Below are positions 28,675-38,567 of a stretch of 64,000 nucleotides of DNA, in pieces. The notes beneath the pieces are model-generated. The model did not search any database and had not been told where the DNA came from. It saw only the letters and a program-made list of their open reading frames with translations. The position numbers and the translations under genes are program-made. Origin of the DNA: Methanothrix sp. (GTDB taxonomy: Archaea > Halobacteriota > Methanosarcinia > Methanotrichales > Methanotrichaceae); contig JAXGJB010000006.1 of NCBI GenBank assembly GCA_040770465.1, forward strand, positions 32,822 through 96,821, in the 5' to 3' direction. How positions within the stretch are numbered: the stretch's first letter is position 1; each line of letters opens with the position of its first letter.

Positions 28675-28928
28675 TATCTGGATAAGTTATCACCGAAGTA
28701 AGATAAAAAATTTACTCTATTATCGCTGATACTGTCGCAGCGCCGGGATCGACGGCCCGGCTTGGCGCTCCAGGACGTGAAAACCCTTAAATACTCTTAA
28801 TCAGGTGGTTGTAGAGATCCGCAGAGGGAGCACAAGCGCCCCCTCTCTGGCGCATGGACCTAAGAGTCTGAACGCGCTATTGTGCGCGTGAGTCGGCCTC
28901 AGGAAAGGAGGCTATGCGGAGGATTAAG

Positions 28929-29291
28929 ATGAAGAAGGTCAAGAAGACAAACCCGAGATTGGTCGCTCTGATCGACGATCTCAAGGCCGCCACCCGGAAT
29001 GACGGGGCGGCGATCTGGCGGGACGTCGCCTGCAGGCTGGAGAAGTCCAGGCGAAAATACGCCGCCGTTAACGTCAGCAAGATAAACAGGCACACCGCCC
29101 CCGACGACCTGGTCCTCGTCACCGGGAAGGTTCTGGGGTCGGGAGATCTTGATCACAAGGTGACCGTTGCCGCCCTCCATTTCAGCGAACAGGCCGCATC
29201 GAAGATAAAGTCGGCCGGTGGCGAGTGTCTCAAGATAGAAGAGCTGGTCGAAAAGCATCCGAAGGGTTCCGGCATAATTATTTTAAGGTGA
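28929..29291 (+). CDS. rpl18e: 50S ribosomal protein L18e
   Basis: KTNPRL...AVNVSKINR...GKVLGSG; start could be 28914. Confidence 0.95.
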   Translation: MKKVKKTNPRLVALIDDLKAATRNDGAAIWRDVACRLEKSRRKYAAVNVSKINRHTAPDDLVLVTGKVLGSGDLDHKVTVAALHFSEQAASKIKSAGGECLKIEELVEKHPKGSGIIILR

Positions 29292-29295
29292 TCTG

Positions 29296-29712
29296 ATGAT
29301 TATCGACGCATCTGGAATGATCCTGGGACGCCTGTCCAGCCTCGCCGCTTCAAAGCTCCTCGCAGGGGAGGAGATATCAATAGTCAACGCCGAGAAGGCC
29401 ATAATCTCAGGTCGAAGAGAGAGCATCTACCGCGAGTACGAGGAGATGAAGAACAAGGGCTCCACCGAGAAAGGCCCCCACTATCCCAAGAGGCCCGAGC
29501 GGATCATGAAGAGGACGGTCCGCGGTATGCTCCCCCACAAGACGAAGCGGGGTCGCGAAGCCATGTCCAGGCTCAAGATATACGTGGGCGTCCCATCGGA
29601 GTTCGAGGGGATGAAGATCGAGCGGCCAGAATCGGCGAAGATGACCCGCCTTGGTACCGCCAAATACGTAGAACTCGGCGACGTAAGCCGAAAGTTCGGA
29701 TCAAAATTCTGA
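29296..29712 (+). CDS. rpl13: 50S ribosomal protein L13
   Basis: IIDASGMILGRL, RTVRGMLP. Confidence 0.96.
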   Translation: MIIDASGMILGRLSSLAASKLLAGEEISIVNAEKAIISGRRESIYREYEEMKNKGSTEKGPHYPKRPERIMKRTVRGMLPHKTKRGREAMSRLKIYVGVPSEFEGMKIERPESAKMTRLGTAKYVELGDVSRKFGSKF

Positions 29713-29721
29713 GGGGTCAGC

Positions 29722-30120
29722 ATGAAGATAACCAACTCGTCAGGTAAAAACAGAACGGCGATCGCCAGGGCCAGCTTGACCGAAGGGAAGGGCAGGGTCA
29801 GGATCAACAGCAAACCCCTGGAGATCTATGAGCCCGTCCTCGTTCGGCAGAAGATCATGGAAGCCTTGATGATAGCCCAGGATAAGGCCTCGGCGCTCGA
29901 TATAGACGTCAAAGTTCGCGGAGGCGGGTTCATGGGTCAGGCAGCCGCCGTCAGGACCGCCATCGCCCGCGGAATCGTGGAGTGGACCGGGGACACGGCC
30001 CTCAAAGAGGCGTACATGGAGTACGATCGATCGCTCCTGGTCAACGACCACCGGCAGAAGGAGCGGAAGAAGGTCGGCGGTCCCGGTGCGAGAGCCAAGT
30101 ATCAGAAGTCTTATAGGTGA
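29722..30120 (+). CDS. rps9: 30S ribosomal protein S9
   Basis: [19 protein letters not shown]. Confidence 0.96.
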   Translation: MKITNSSGKNRTAIARASLTEGKGRVRINSKPLEIYEPVLVRQKIMEALMIAQDKASALDIDVKVRGGGFMGQAAAVRTAIARGIVEWTGDTALKEAYMEYDRSLLVNDHRQKERKKVGGPGARAKYQKSYR

Positions 30121-30126
30121 ATTCGC

Positions 30127-30312
30127 GTGATCCCTGTGCGATGTTTCACTTGCGGAAACGTCATTTCTGATGTATGGGAGGAGTACAAGGAGCGCACCAA
30201 GTCAGAGCCACCGGGTAAGGTGATGGACGATCTGGGAGTAGAGAACTACTGCTGTCGTCGCATGCTCCTGACCCACGTGGAGATCGTTGACGTGCTTCGG
30301 CGGTATCAGTAA
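30127..30312 (+). CDS. rpoN: RNA polymerase subunit N (Rpo10)
   Basis: IPVRCFTCG...YCCRRMLL. Confidence 0.96.
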   Translation: MIPVRCFTCGNVISDVWEEYKERTKSEPPGKVMDDLGVENYCCRRMLLTHVEIVDVLRRYQ

Positions 30313-30319
30313 AAGGCGT

Positions 30320-30397
30320 GGGGTTGTGGGGTAGCCTGGTCCATCCCTCGGCGTTCGGGACGCCGTAACCTGAGTTCGAATCTCAGCAACCCCACCA
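30320..30397 (+). tRNA. tRNA-Pro(CGG), CCA encoded
   Basis: GGGGTTG/CAACCCC acceptor, CGGCG-TTCGGGA-CGCCG anticodon arm. Confidence 0.95.
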
Positions 30398-30422
30398 CTT
30401 GCCTTTCTTTTGAGGTGGCCAC

Positions 30423-30620
30423 TTGACGGATTCGATGGATGAAAAATATACGCGGTATGAACGCGCACGGATAGTGGGGGCTCGAGCTCTACAGATTCTG
30501 ATGGGCGCCCCGGTATTGATCAAGACCGAGTCCATAGACCCCCTCGAAATCGCTCTTGAAGAGATGAGATTGGGATTTGTTCCCATCACCGTTAAACGGG
30601 ATCGTAGAACCTCTAGGTAG
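30423..30620 (+). CDS. rpoK: RNA polymerase subunit K (Rpo6)
   Basis: [21 protein letters not shown]. Confidence 0.95.
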   Translation: MTDSMDEKYTRYERARIVGARALQILMGAPVLIKTESIDPLEIALEEMRLGFVPITVKRDRRTSR

Positions 30621-31247
30621 GTGACATTTTTGGATGATGAAGTGATAACTCCAGCTGAAGATTATGAGACGCTTATCCCCATAGATGAGTATCTAGCGGC
30701 GGGCATACACATAGGCACTCAGCAGAAGACGAAGAGCATGATGGACTACATATACAGGGTCAGAACCGACGGCCTCTACGTCCTCGACGTCCAGTCGACG
30801 GACAAGAGGATCAGGCTTGCGGCCAAGTTCCTATCCAAGTACGACCCCTCCAAGATCCTGGTGGTCTCGGCGAGGCAGTACGGCCAGCGCCCAGCCACCA
30901 TGTTCTCCAAGTCGGTCGGCGCCAAGGCGATCGTCGGCAGGTTCATACCCAACACCCTGACCAACCCCACCTTCTACGACTACGTCGAGCCCGACGTGGT
31001 GGTGGTGACAGACCCCAGCGGCGACAGCCAGGCGATCAACGAGGCGATCGACGTGGGGATCCCGGTGGTGGCCCTCTGCGACACCAACAACCTGACCTCC
31101 AACGTAGATCTGGTGATACCCACCAACAACAAAGGTCGAAAGGCCCTGACCCTCATATACTGGCTCCTGGCCAAAGAGGTCCTGAAGGAGCGGGGAGAGG
31201 AAGATCGGTTCAGATACTCGGTTTCAGACTTCGAGATGGAGTTTTGA
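30621..31247 (+). CDS. rps2: 30S ribosomal protein S2
   Basis: [28 protein letters not shown]. Confidence 0.96.
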   Translation: MTFLDDEVITPAEDYETLIPIDEYLAAGIHIGTQQKTKSMMDYIYRVRTDGLYVLDVQSTDKRIRLAAKFLSKYDPSKILVVSARQYGQRPATMFSKSVGAKAIVGRFIPNTLTNPTFYDYVEPDVVVVTDPSGDSQAINEAIDVGIPVVALCDTNNLTSNVDLVIPTNNKGRKALTLIYWLLAKEVLKERGEEDRFRYSVSDFEMEF

Positions 31248-31251
31248 TTCA

Positions 31252-32049
31252 ATGAGACGCCCGGCAGTGGCAGGCTCGTTCTATCCCCGTCACCCAGAGG
31301 CCCTGAAAGAGGAGCTTGGTGAGGCCTTCAGCCACGCCTCCGGCGGCGAGCCCCTTCTCATCCGGGGAGCCGTCGTCCCCCACGCCGGATACGTCTACTC
31401 CGGCGCCGTGGCGGCGGAGGTCTATGCCAGGCTCCCCGAGAGGGAGACCTTCGTCCTGATAGGACCGAACCACCGCGGCCTGGGCCTTCCCGTAGCCCTC
31501 TCCCGGGATTCCTGGACGACCCCTCTGGGCGACGTCGAATGCGACGTCGAGCTGGCCGACGCCCTGGCCGGGAGCATCATTGATGTGGACGAGTCCGCCC
31601 ACTTATACGAGCACTCCCTCGAGGTGCAGATACCGTTCCTTCAATACAGGTTTTCGGGCTTCAAGATCCTAGCAATCGCTATGGGGCTTCAGGACGAGGA
31701 GACGGCTGTCGAGGTCGGCGAGGCGGTGGGCGAGGCTGCAAAGAGCCTCGGCCGAAACTGCACCGTCATCGCCAGCAGCGACTTCACCCATTACGAGCCT
31801 CAGGATGAGGCGAGGAGGAAGGACGCCCGGGTGATCGAGGCGATTCTGAGGATGGACGTCCCATCGATCTACAAGACCGTCTACGGCCTCAACCTCACCG
31901 CCTGCGGCTACGGTCCCATCTCTGCAACCATCATCGCCTCGAAGATCCTGGGCGCCAAGACCGGCAAGCTTCTCCGCTACTCCACCAGCGGAGACGTCAT
32001 CGGAGATTTCAGCCAGGTGGTGGGCTACGGGGCGATAGCCTTCCTCTAG
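31252..32049 (+). CDS. MEMO1 family protein
   Basis: RRPAVAGSFYP, PHAGY.YSG, EHSLEVQ, SSDFTHY, CGYGP. Confidence 0.92.
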   Translation: MRRPAVAGSFYPRHPEALKEELGEAFSHASGGEPLLIRGAVVPHAGYVYSGAVAAEVYARLPERETFVLIGPNHRGLGLPVALSRDSWTTPLGDVECDVELADALAGSIIDVDESAHLYEHSLEVQIPFLQYRFSGFKILAIAMGLQDEETAVEVGEAVGEAAKSLGRNCTVIASSDFTHYEPQDEARRKDARVIEAILRMDVPSIYKTVYGLNLTACGYGPISATIIASKILGAKTGKLLRYSTSGDVIGDFSQVVGYGAIAFL

Positions 32050-32060
32050 GAGGCGATGAT

Positions 32061-33050
32061 CTGACCCTCGCCTCCGCTCCCGGCAAGGTGATCCTCTTCG
32101 GAGAGCACGCCGTCGTCTCCGGTGCACCGGCCCTGGGAGCGGCGGTGGACCTGAGGGTCCGGGCCAGGGTCGATGATCTGCCGGGCCGCCTTGAGATATC
32201 AGCCCCAGACCTGAGGATCTCTTTCAAGGGCGTCACCATCGATCCCCGCTCGGGCGAGGTTCTTACAAAAGAGGTCGGCGAACGGGCGGCTCACGCCACA
32301 AGATACGTCGCCACCGTTTTAAAGGAGTTTGGAGCAAGAGACCTCCGGGTCACGGTAGAGTCGGAGATCCCTCCCGCCTCGGGGCTGGGTTCGTCGGCCT
32401 CCGTCGTCGTCGCCACCCTGGGAGCATTGAGCCGCCATCTGGCCCTCGACCTCTCCACCGACGAGATCGCAAAAGAGGCCCATCGGATCGAGAAGTCCGT
32501 CCAGGATGGGCTCGGCTCGCCGACGGACACCGCCCTCGCCGCCTTCGGCGGGTATCAGATCGTCGAGGGATCGGCAAAGCCCATCGAGCTTCCGGAGATC
32601 AAGCTGGTGGTGGGATTTTCGGGGACTCCTCACGACACCCGGGCGGAGGTCGAGAAGGTCCAGAGCTTCAGGGCGAGATATCCCGAGATCGTCGACCCCA
32701 TATTCAGGGCGGCGGGAGAGATATCGAAGAGGGCACCGGGCTTCATCGAAGGCGGCAGGCTCGAGGAGCTTGGAGAGCTGATGGATGCAAACCACGGCCT
32801 TCTCGAGGCGATCGGCGTCGGGACCCGAGAGCTCTCCGAGCTCGTCTACGCATCCCGGGGAGCTGGTCGGGCATACGGCGCGAAGCTGACGGGGGCTGGC
32901 GGAGGCGGATGCATGATAGCCCTCCCCCGGACCGGCCCCGATGACGTTCTGAGGGTGATGACCGCCATCGCCCAGGCGAAAGGCGAGCCCTTCTCCGTGG
33001 TCACCGGCTGCCCGGGGCTGAGGGTCGAAGGAGCGGCGGACGAGAGATGA
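32061..33050 (+). CDS. mvk: Mevalonate kinase (probable CTG start)
   Basis: SAPGKVILFGEH, PPASGLGSSA, KLTGAGGGG; conserved N-terminus lies upstream of the GTG at 32088. Confidence 0.92.
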   Translation: MTLASAPGKVILFGEHAVVSGAPALGAAVDLRVRARVDDLPGRLEISAPDLRISFKGVTIDPRSGEVLTKEVGERAAHATRYVATVLKEFGARDLRVTVESEIPPASGLGSSASVVVATLGALSRHLALDLSTDEIAKEAHRIEKSVQDGLGSPTDTALAAFGGYQIVEGSAKPIELPEIKLVVGFSGTPHDTRAEVEKVQSFRARYPEIVDPIFRAAGEISKRAPGFIEGGRLEELGELMDANHGLLEAIGVGTRELSELVYASRGAGRAYGAKLTGAGGGGCMIALPRTGPDDVLRVMTAIAQAKGEPFSVVTGCPGLRVEGAADER

Positions 33051-33805
33051 CCGAGATAAAGATTCTGAAGGTTGGCGGGAGCGTTCTGACCGACAAGAAC
33101 CGCCTCGAATCTGCCAGGACGGAGGAGATAGAGAGGATCGCCGCCGAGATCGCCGGCCACGACTCCGGCCTGATACTCGTCCACGGAGCCGGGTCCTTCG
33201 GCCACATCCACGCAAAAAAGTACAGCCTCGTCGAGAGGTTCAGCTGCGAGGGGGTCCTGGAGACTCATCGGTCCGTAGTCAGGCTGAACGACCTGGTAGT
33301 CGAGAGCCTCCGAAGGGCGGGGTCAAGCCCCGTCCCCGTCCATCCATTGAGCTGCACCATCCTGAGAGATGGGAGGATAGAAGTCATGGAGACCGAACCG
33401 GTCGTCGAGATGGTGAAGATGGGCCTCGTCCCCGTCCTCCACGGAGACGTCGCCATGGACCGGGTGAGGGGGGCCGGGATCGTCTCCGGCGACCAGCTGG
33501 TATCCAGCCTCGCGCGGTCTCTTCGGACAGAGATCGTGGCCCTGGGAACGGCCGTCGACGGGGTGATCTTTGGGGGCGAAGTGCTGGCCGAGGTGAGGCG
33601 CGATGACCTCGCTCGGATCGGATCGGAGCTGGGGGCTTCGGCTGGGGTGGACGTCACCGGCGGCATGAGGGGAAAGCTCGAAGAGCTTCTGGACCTCGCC
33701 GACGAGGGGATCAGGTCTCTGATCTTCAACGCCAATAAGAAGGGCATGATCGAGAGGGTCCTCGCAGGCGATAGGGCGGGAACCCTGGTGGAGGCAAGGA
33801 CGTGA
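33047..33805 (+). CDS. ipk: Isopentenyl phosphate kinase
   Basis: LKVGGSVLTDK, HGAGSFGH, DVTGGMRGK. Confidence 0.92.
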   Translation: MTEIKILKVGGSVLTDKNRLESARTEEIERIAAEIAGHDSGLILVHGAGSFGHIHAKKYSLVERFSCEGVLETHRSVVRLNDLVVESLRRAGSSPVPVHPLSCTILRDGRIEVMETEPVVEMVKMGLVPVLHGDVAMDRVRGAGIVSGDQLVSSLARSLRTEIVALGTAVDGVIFGGEVLAEVRRDDLARIGSELGASAGVDVTGGMRGKLEELLDLADEGIRSLIFNANKKGMIERVLAGDRAGTLVEART

Positions 33806-34890
33806 CCACAGCCAAGCGAAAGCTCGACCACATCAGGATCTGTCTGGATAAAGAGGTGGAAGGGAGATGGCGGCCCTTCGACGACCTCGCCCTCATCCAC
33901 AGAGCCCTGCCAGGGATCGACGCCGACGAGATCGATACAGGCTGCCGATTTCTGGGAAAAGACCTCAGCTTTCCCTTCATGATAACGGGGATGACGGGAG
34001 GCCACCCCGATACAAAAGAGATCAACGTCAACCTGGCCCTGGCGGCCCAGGAGGTGGGGGTGGCCATGGGTGTCGGGTCCCAGAGGGCAGCCCTGGAGAG
34101 CCCCGAGGTTGAAGAGACATTCTCCGCGGTGAGGGACGCGGCGCCGAAGATCCCGATAATCGGAAACATCGGGGCGGTCCAGCTCATGAGGGAGGGGCCC
34201 GAGGTGATCGACCGGCTGGCAGAGATGATAGACGCCGACGCCATAGCCGTCCACCTCAACTTCCTTCAGGAGAGCGTCCAGCCGGAGGGGGAGACCGAAG
34301 CCAGGGGGGCGATAGAGGCGATCAGGTCCGCCGCCGACGGGAAGGTTCCCATCATCGCCAAGGAGACAGGAGCCGGGATAGCGAGAGAAGATGCCCGGGC
34401 CCTCATGGAGGCTGGAGTCAAGATCATCGACGTGGCGGGTCTGGGTGGGACCAGCTGGTCTGGGGTTGAGGCCTATCGGGCAGAGGAGCGGGGGGACGTC
34501 GAGTCCGCGAAGATGGGTCGGCTCTTCTGGGACTGGGGGGTTCCAACACCCGTGAGCGTTGTCGAATGCGCCTCTCTAGGTGCCGAGGTGATATCCTCCG
34601 GCGGAGTTCGAAGCGGCATCGATGTCGCCAAGAGCATCGCCCTGGGGGCGAGCCTGGCAGGAGCGGCTCTGCCCTTCCTCGCTCCGGCGACAGAAGGAGC
34701 TTCAGAGGTGGCCGGCGCCCTCCGGATTTACGAGAGAGCCCTCCGGACCGCAATGTTCCTCTCCGCCTCCCGGGACCTCTCGGCTCTGGGTTTGGCTCGG
34801 ATCGTCTTCAGTGGAAGGACGAGAGAGTTCCTGGAAGAGAGAGGGTTTGATACGAAGAAATTTTCCATTTACAGAGAGATGTCGAGATGA
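33802..34890 (+). CDS. fni: Type 2 isopentenyl-diphosphate delta-isomerase
   Basis: RKLDHI, MTGG, GVGSQR, HLNFLQE, KETGAG, GGTSW. Confidence 0.95.
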   Translation: MTTAKRKLDHIRICLDKEVEGRWRPFDDLALIHRALPGIDADEIDTGCRFLGKDLSFPFMITGMTGGHPDTKEINVNLALAAQEVGVAMGVGSQRAALESPEVEETFSAVRDAAPKIPIIGNIGAVQLMREGPEVIDRLAEMIDADAIAVHLNFLQESVQPEGETEARGAIEAIRSAADGKVPIIAKETGAGIAREDARALMEAGVKIIDVAGLGGTSWSGVEAYRAEERGDVESAKMGRLFWDWGVPTPVSVVECASLGAEVISSGGVRSGIDVAKSIALGASLAGAALPFLAPATEGASEVAGALRIYERALRTAMFLSASRDLSALGLARIVFSGRTREFLEERGFDTKKFSIYREMSR

Positions 34891-36227
34891 AGGAGATTGG
34901 AATTGTAGCAATCGGAGGCTACGAGGAGATTGGAAGGAACATGACCGCCATCAGGATCGGTCATGATATACTGATAATGGATATGGGCCTCCGGTTGGAC
35001 AGGGTTCAGATCCACGAAGATACAGACGTCGAGAGGCTCCGACCTTCTGAGCTGATATCCATGGGGGCGATCCCCAACGACAGCGTGATGAAGGACGTGG
35101 ACGGGAGGGTGAGGGCGATAGCCTGCACCCACGGCCACCTGGACCACATAGGAGCGATATCGAAGCTGGCGCACAAGTACAGGGCTCCCATCATAGGGAC
35201 CCCTTTCACCGCAGATCTGATCAGACAGGAGATCGAGGCCGAGAAGCAGCAGGGGACGAAGAACGAGGTCGTCGTCATGAACGCCGGCAAGTCGAAGCAG
35301 ATCGCCCCAGACATCGAGCTTGAGTTCATCAGGGTTCAGCACAGCATCGTAGACTGCGTCTTCGCAGCCATTCACACCCCAAGGGGCGTGATCCTCTACT
35401 CCAACGACTTCAAGATGGACCGAAGCCCCACCCTGGGCCAGCCACCGGACTTCGCGCGGCTGAAGAAGCTGGAGTCGGAGGGGGTATTGGCCCTGATCAC
35501 CGAGACTACCAACGCCGGGGTCTCGGGGAAGACCCCCTCGGAGCAGATCGCAAAGGACCTGGTCTGGGACGTCCTCATGGGGACGGAGGAGACGAAGTCG
35601 GGGGTCCTGATGACCACCTTCTCCTCCCACATAGCCCGGATCAGGGCGATCATCGAGGCGGCCCACGAGATGGGAAGAAAGCCGGTCCTTCTCGGAAGGT
35701 CGATGGAGAAGTACTGGGGTACGGCGAAGAGGGTGGGGTACGCCCCCAAGTCCAACGATCTTCCCGTCTACGGGAGGAGAAAGAGCGTCGACAAGTTCTT
35801 CAAGAGGATGATGCAGGAGGGAAAAGACAAGTACCTCCCCATCATGACAGGCCATCAGGGAGAGCCGGGAGCTGTCCTGAGCCGGGTTGCCAGCGGTGAG
35901 ACCGACTACCAGCTGGAGTCCGGGGACAAGGTGATATTCAGCGCCGGGATCATACCCCAGCCCCTCAACGTCTCCAATCGGCATATCGTGGAGACGAAGC
36001 TGAAGATGAAGGGGGCGAGGGTTTACGACAACGTCCACGTCTCGGGGCACGCCTGCGTCGAGGATCACTGGGAGCTTTTGAGGATGATCAACCCCGAGCA
36101 CGTCATCCCCAGCCACGGGAACTTCCAGAGCCACGGCAAGTACCTCGCCATGGCCGAGGAGACGGGCTACGAGCTGGGATACACCTTCCACATCATGAGG
36201 AACGGCCAGGAGCTGCTCCTCCCCTGA
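34887..36227 (+). CDS. rnj: RNase J family beta-CASP ribonuclease
   Basis: GGYEEIGRNMT, THGHLDHIG, HVSGHA. Confidence 0.93.
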   Translation: MKEIGIVAIGGYEEIGRNMTAIRIGHDILIMDMGLRLDRVQIHEDTDVERLRPSELISMGAIPNDSVMKDVDGRVRAIACTHGHLDHIGAISKLAHKYRAPIIGTPFTADLIRQEIEAEKQQGTKNEVVVMNAGKSKQIAPDIELEFIRVQHSIVDCVFAAIHTPRGVILYSNDFKMDRSPTLGQPPDFARLKKLESEGVLALITETTNAGVSGKTPSEQIAKDLVWDVLMGTEETKSGVLMTTFSSHIARIRAIIEAAHEMGRKPVLLGRSMEKYWGTAKRVGYAPKSNDLPVYGRRKSVDKFFKRMMQEGKDKYLPIMTGHQGEPGAVLSRVASGETDYQLESGDKVIFSAGIIPQPLNVSNRHIVETKLKMKGARVYDNVHVSGHACVEDHWELLRMINPEHVIPSHGNFQSHGKYLAMAEETGYELGYTFHIMRNGQELLLP

Positions 36228-36307
36228 AGGGGACGACCTGTTGGGGACGAGACGGAGGAAGCAGGAAGGATGAAAGTAGAGGAAAAGGATGAGGAGGCTC
36301 GACGAAA

Positions 36308-37276
36308 ATGGTGATCCTTGACGATGAGCTGAAAGAGCGGGCGAGTATGATATCCGGGGCGATAGAGGATCTCTTGCCCGTCGTCCATCCGAAGGAGCTT
36401 TACGCCGCCGGAAGGCATCTAGTAGACGCGGGGGGAAAGAGGCTTCGGCCGAGCATGCTCCTTATGGCCGCCGAGGCCGTCGGCGGAGACCCCCGGGCCG
36501 TCGTCCCGGCAGCCGTCTCCATCGAGCTGGTCCATAACTTCACCCTGATCCACGACGACATAATGGACAACGCCGAGACCCGGCGGGGGAGGCCCGCGGT
36601 CCACGTCAAGTGGGACGAGGCCGGCGCGATCCTGGCAGGAGACACCCTCTACTCCAAGGCCTTCGAGATCCTGACCGTCGCCGAGGCGAAGCCCGAGGAG
36701 ATGGTCGGCTCGGTGAAGATGCTGGCGAAGACCTGTGCCGCCATCTGCGAGGGTCAGTGGCTTGACATGGAGTTTGAGAGGCGGGACGAAGTCACAGAAT
36801 TCGAGTACCTGGAGATGATCGAGAAGAAGACCGGGGTCCTCTACGGAGCCGCGGCCTGGATGGGCGCCACCCTCTCCGGAGCGCCGGCGAAACAGGCAGA
36901 GGGGCTGGAGAGGTTCGGCCGGCTGGTGGGGATGGCCTTCCAGATCCAGGACGACGTCCTCGACCTGACCGCCCCCGCTGAGGTTCTCGGAAAGCCCCGG
37001 GGCGGGGACCTCGCCGAGGGGAAGAAGACGTTGATCATGATCCACGCATTGGCCGGCGGCGCCGATGTCGAGATCTTCGGCAAGAAGAACGCCTCCCAGG
37101 ATGAGATCGAGGCGGCTCTAACCACTCTCCGGGCCTGCGGCTCCATCGACTACGCGAGAGAGAAGGCAGTGAGCCTCGTCGAGGAGGGCAAGGAGGCGCT
37201 GGCGGTCCTGGAGGACTCGGAGGCGAAGGCCCTGCTGCTGAAGCTTTCCGACTACATGATAAGCAGAAGTTATTAA
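36308..37276 (+). CDS. idsA: Geranylgeranyl diphosphate synthase
   Basis: GGKRLRP, HDDIMD...RRG, FQIQDD. Confidence 0.93.
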   Translation: MVILDDELKERASMISGAIEDLLPVVHPKELYAAGRHLVDAGGKRLRPSMLLMAAEAVGGDPRAVVPAAVSIELVHNFTLIHDDIMDNAETRRGRPAVHVKWDEAGAILAGDTLYSKAFEILTVAEAKPEEMVGSVKMLAKTCAAICEGQWLDMEFERRDEVTEFEYLEMIEKKTGVLYGAAAWMGATLSGAPAKQAEGLERFGRLVGMAFQIQDDVLDLTAPAEVLGKPRGGDLAEGKKTLIMIHALAGGADVEIFGKKNASQDEIEAALTTLRACGSIDYAREKAVSLVEEGKEALAVLEDSEAKALLLKLSDYMISRSY

Positions 37277-37406
37277 TCCATAAAACGACCACCGGGATTC
37301 GTAGCTGGGAGCGGTGGTCGAGGTCGAGGCTGGGTCGGAGCTGGTTGGTTCAGGCCGGCGGCCCCGGAGGCGCGGCCCTGGCATCATCAGGCAGGAGGCG
37401 TTCAAA

Positions 37407-37697
37407 TTGCACGAGCATGACGAACTTCACGAGCACAGGCACGGGTCGCACGAGCACGAGTCTCACACGCACGAACTGCATGAGCACGGGTCGCACAAGC
37501 GCGAGCTGAATGCGCACGAGATCGAGCACCTTTTGGAGCACTGGATCGAGCACAACAGGAGCCACAGCGAGAGCTTCCGGGCGAGGGCGAAGGAGATCGA
37601 GCTGACGAATCCGAAGGCGGCGGCGAAGGTCAGGGAGGCCGCAGAGCTGATGGACGCGTGCACCAAAAAGCTGGAGGAGGCGGCGGGGGAGGTGTGA
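37407..37697 (+). CDS. His-rich putative metal (Ni/Co)-binding protein
   Basis: TTG after GGAGG; HEH repeats then LLEHWIEHNRSHSESF helical domain. Confidence 0.7.
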   Translation: MHEHDELHEHRHGSHEHESHTHELHEHGSHKRELNAHEIEHLLEHWIEHNRSHSESFRARAKEIELTNPKAAAKVREAAELMDACTKKLEEAAGEV

Positions 37698-37878
37698 GGC
37701 CTTAAAAGAGAGAGGGGCAGAGGATCCAGCGCAGGGGGTGCGCGGAATCCTCAGTTCAAATACCCGACCTCAGGGCCTTTCATCTCAGTGTCGTTTCCTT
37801 CTGGCGGTGGTGAGAGGGATGCAGTTGTGTCGGATGTTTTCTCTTGCTCAGCTGACTTAACTTCACCGCCTCCCGAAT

Positions 37879-37945
37879 ATCTCGGCCACAGATCGTGCGC
37901 TTCGCCGTCGGGCACCTCGATCTCGGAGTCGTCGCAGATAACCAT
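37879..37945 (-). pseudogene. Frameshifted partial duplicate of the 38116-38271 microprotein gene
   Basis: Near-identical to 38194-38261 with a 2-nt deletion before the first CxxC. Confidence 0.8.
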
Positions 37946-38029
37946 AGGTGGTTCATCTAATTTTATCTGACTAAGGCGCTTTAGTATAATAGTGGGATCA
38001 AGACTCCGGCTGAAAAACGGTAGCGGGAG

Positions 38030-38114
38030 TGCGGGGGAAGGGATTCGAACCCTTGAACTCCTGCGAGAATAGATCTTGAGTCTATCACCGTTGACCTGGC
38101 TTGGTTACCCCCGC
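38030..38114 (-). tRNA. tRNA-Leu(CAA)
   Basis: ATAGA-CTCAAGA-TCTAT anticodon arm, long variable arm, GGTTCGAATCC. Confidence 0.95.
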
Positions 38115-38115
38115 C

Positions 38116-38271
38116 CTAATCGAAGTGGGTCACGCAGGTCCAGTGGTAGTATCCGAGGATGCCCGTCCCCGTAACCTCGTCGAACTCCTGGAGATCTCGG
38201 CCGCAGATCGTGCACTTCTCGCCGTCGGGCACCTCGATCTCAGAGTCGTCGCAGATCACCACTATGACCAT
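38116..38271 (-). CDS. 51-aa zinc-finger microprotein (CxxC...HxxC; not in ORF track)
   Basis: Manual translation MVIVVICDDSEIEVPDGEKCTICGRDLQEFDEVTGTGILGYYHWTCVTHFD*; GGAGG RBS and TTTAAA upstream. Confidence 0.8.
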   Translation of the reverse strand: MVIVVICDDSEIEVPDGEKCTICGRDLQEFDEVTGTGILGYYHWTCVTHFD

Positions 38272-38567
38272 GGTCGGATATATCGCCTCCCGTTTTAAAG
38301 GTTTTGCCGTCCGCCATCTGCCGTCTAACTAATGCCTGCCGTCCGCCGCCTGCCGTCTGTCGCCCACCGACCCCTCTTTCTGCACGGGAAGCCTTTAAAG
38401 GGGCGAGGGAAAGGATGGTCCAGAGGGACTTTCGATCCAGGAGAGGCGTGGAGAAGGTCGGATAAAGCGGATGATCCGTCGAGAAGCCTGAAATGATCCA
38501 CTCGGATCGATAGATACATAACCGCCTATGGCGGCATAGTTATTCCCTGTAAACGAGGTGTCCATCG

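Noticed and set aside
34869-36191. Long antisense ORFs (also 23685-24761, 33265-34254, 38694-39746 and others)
   Set aside because: Shadow ORFs opposite well-supported genes, expected from GC-rich codon bias
37751-37945. 64-aa ORF as a genuine gene
   Set aside because: Its first 15 codons come from the duplicated fragment, and it then frameshifts into unrelated sequence
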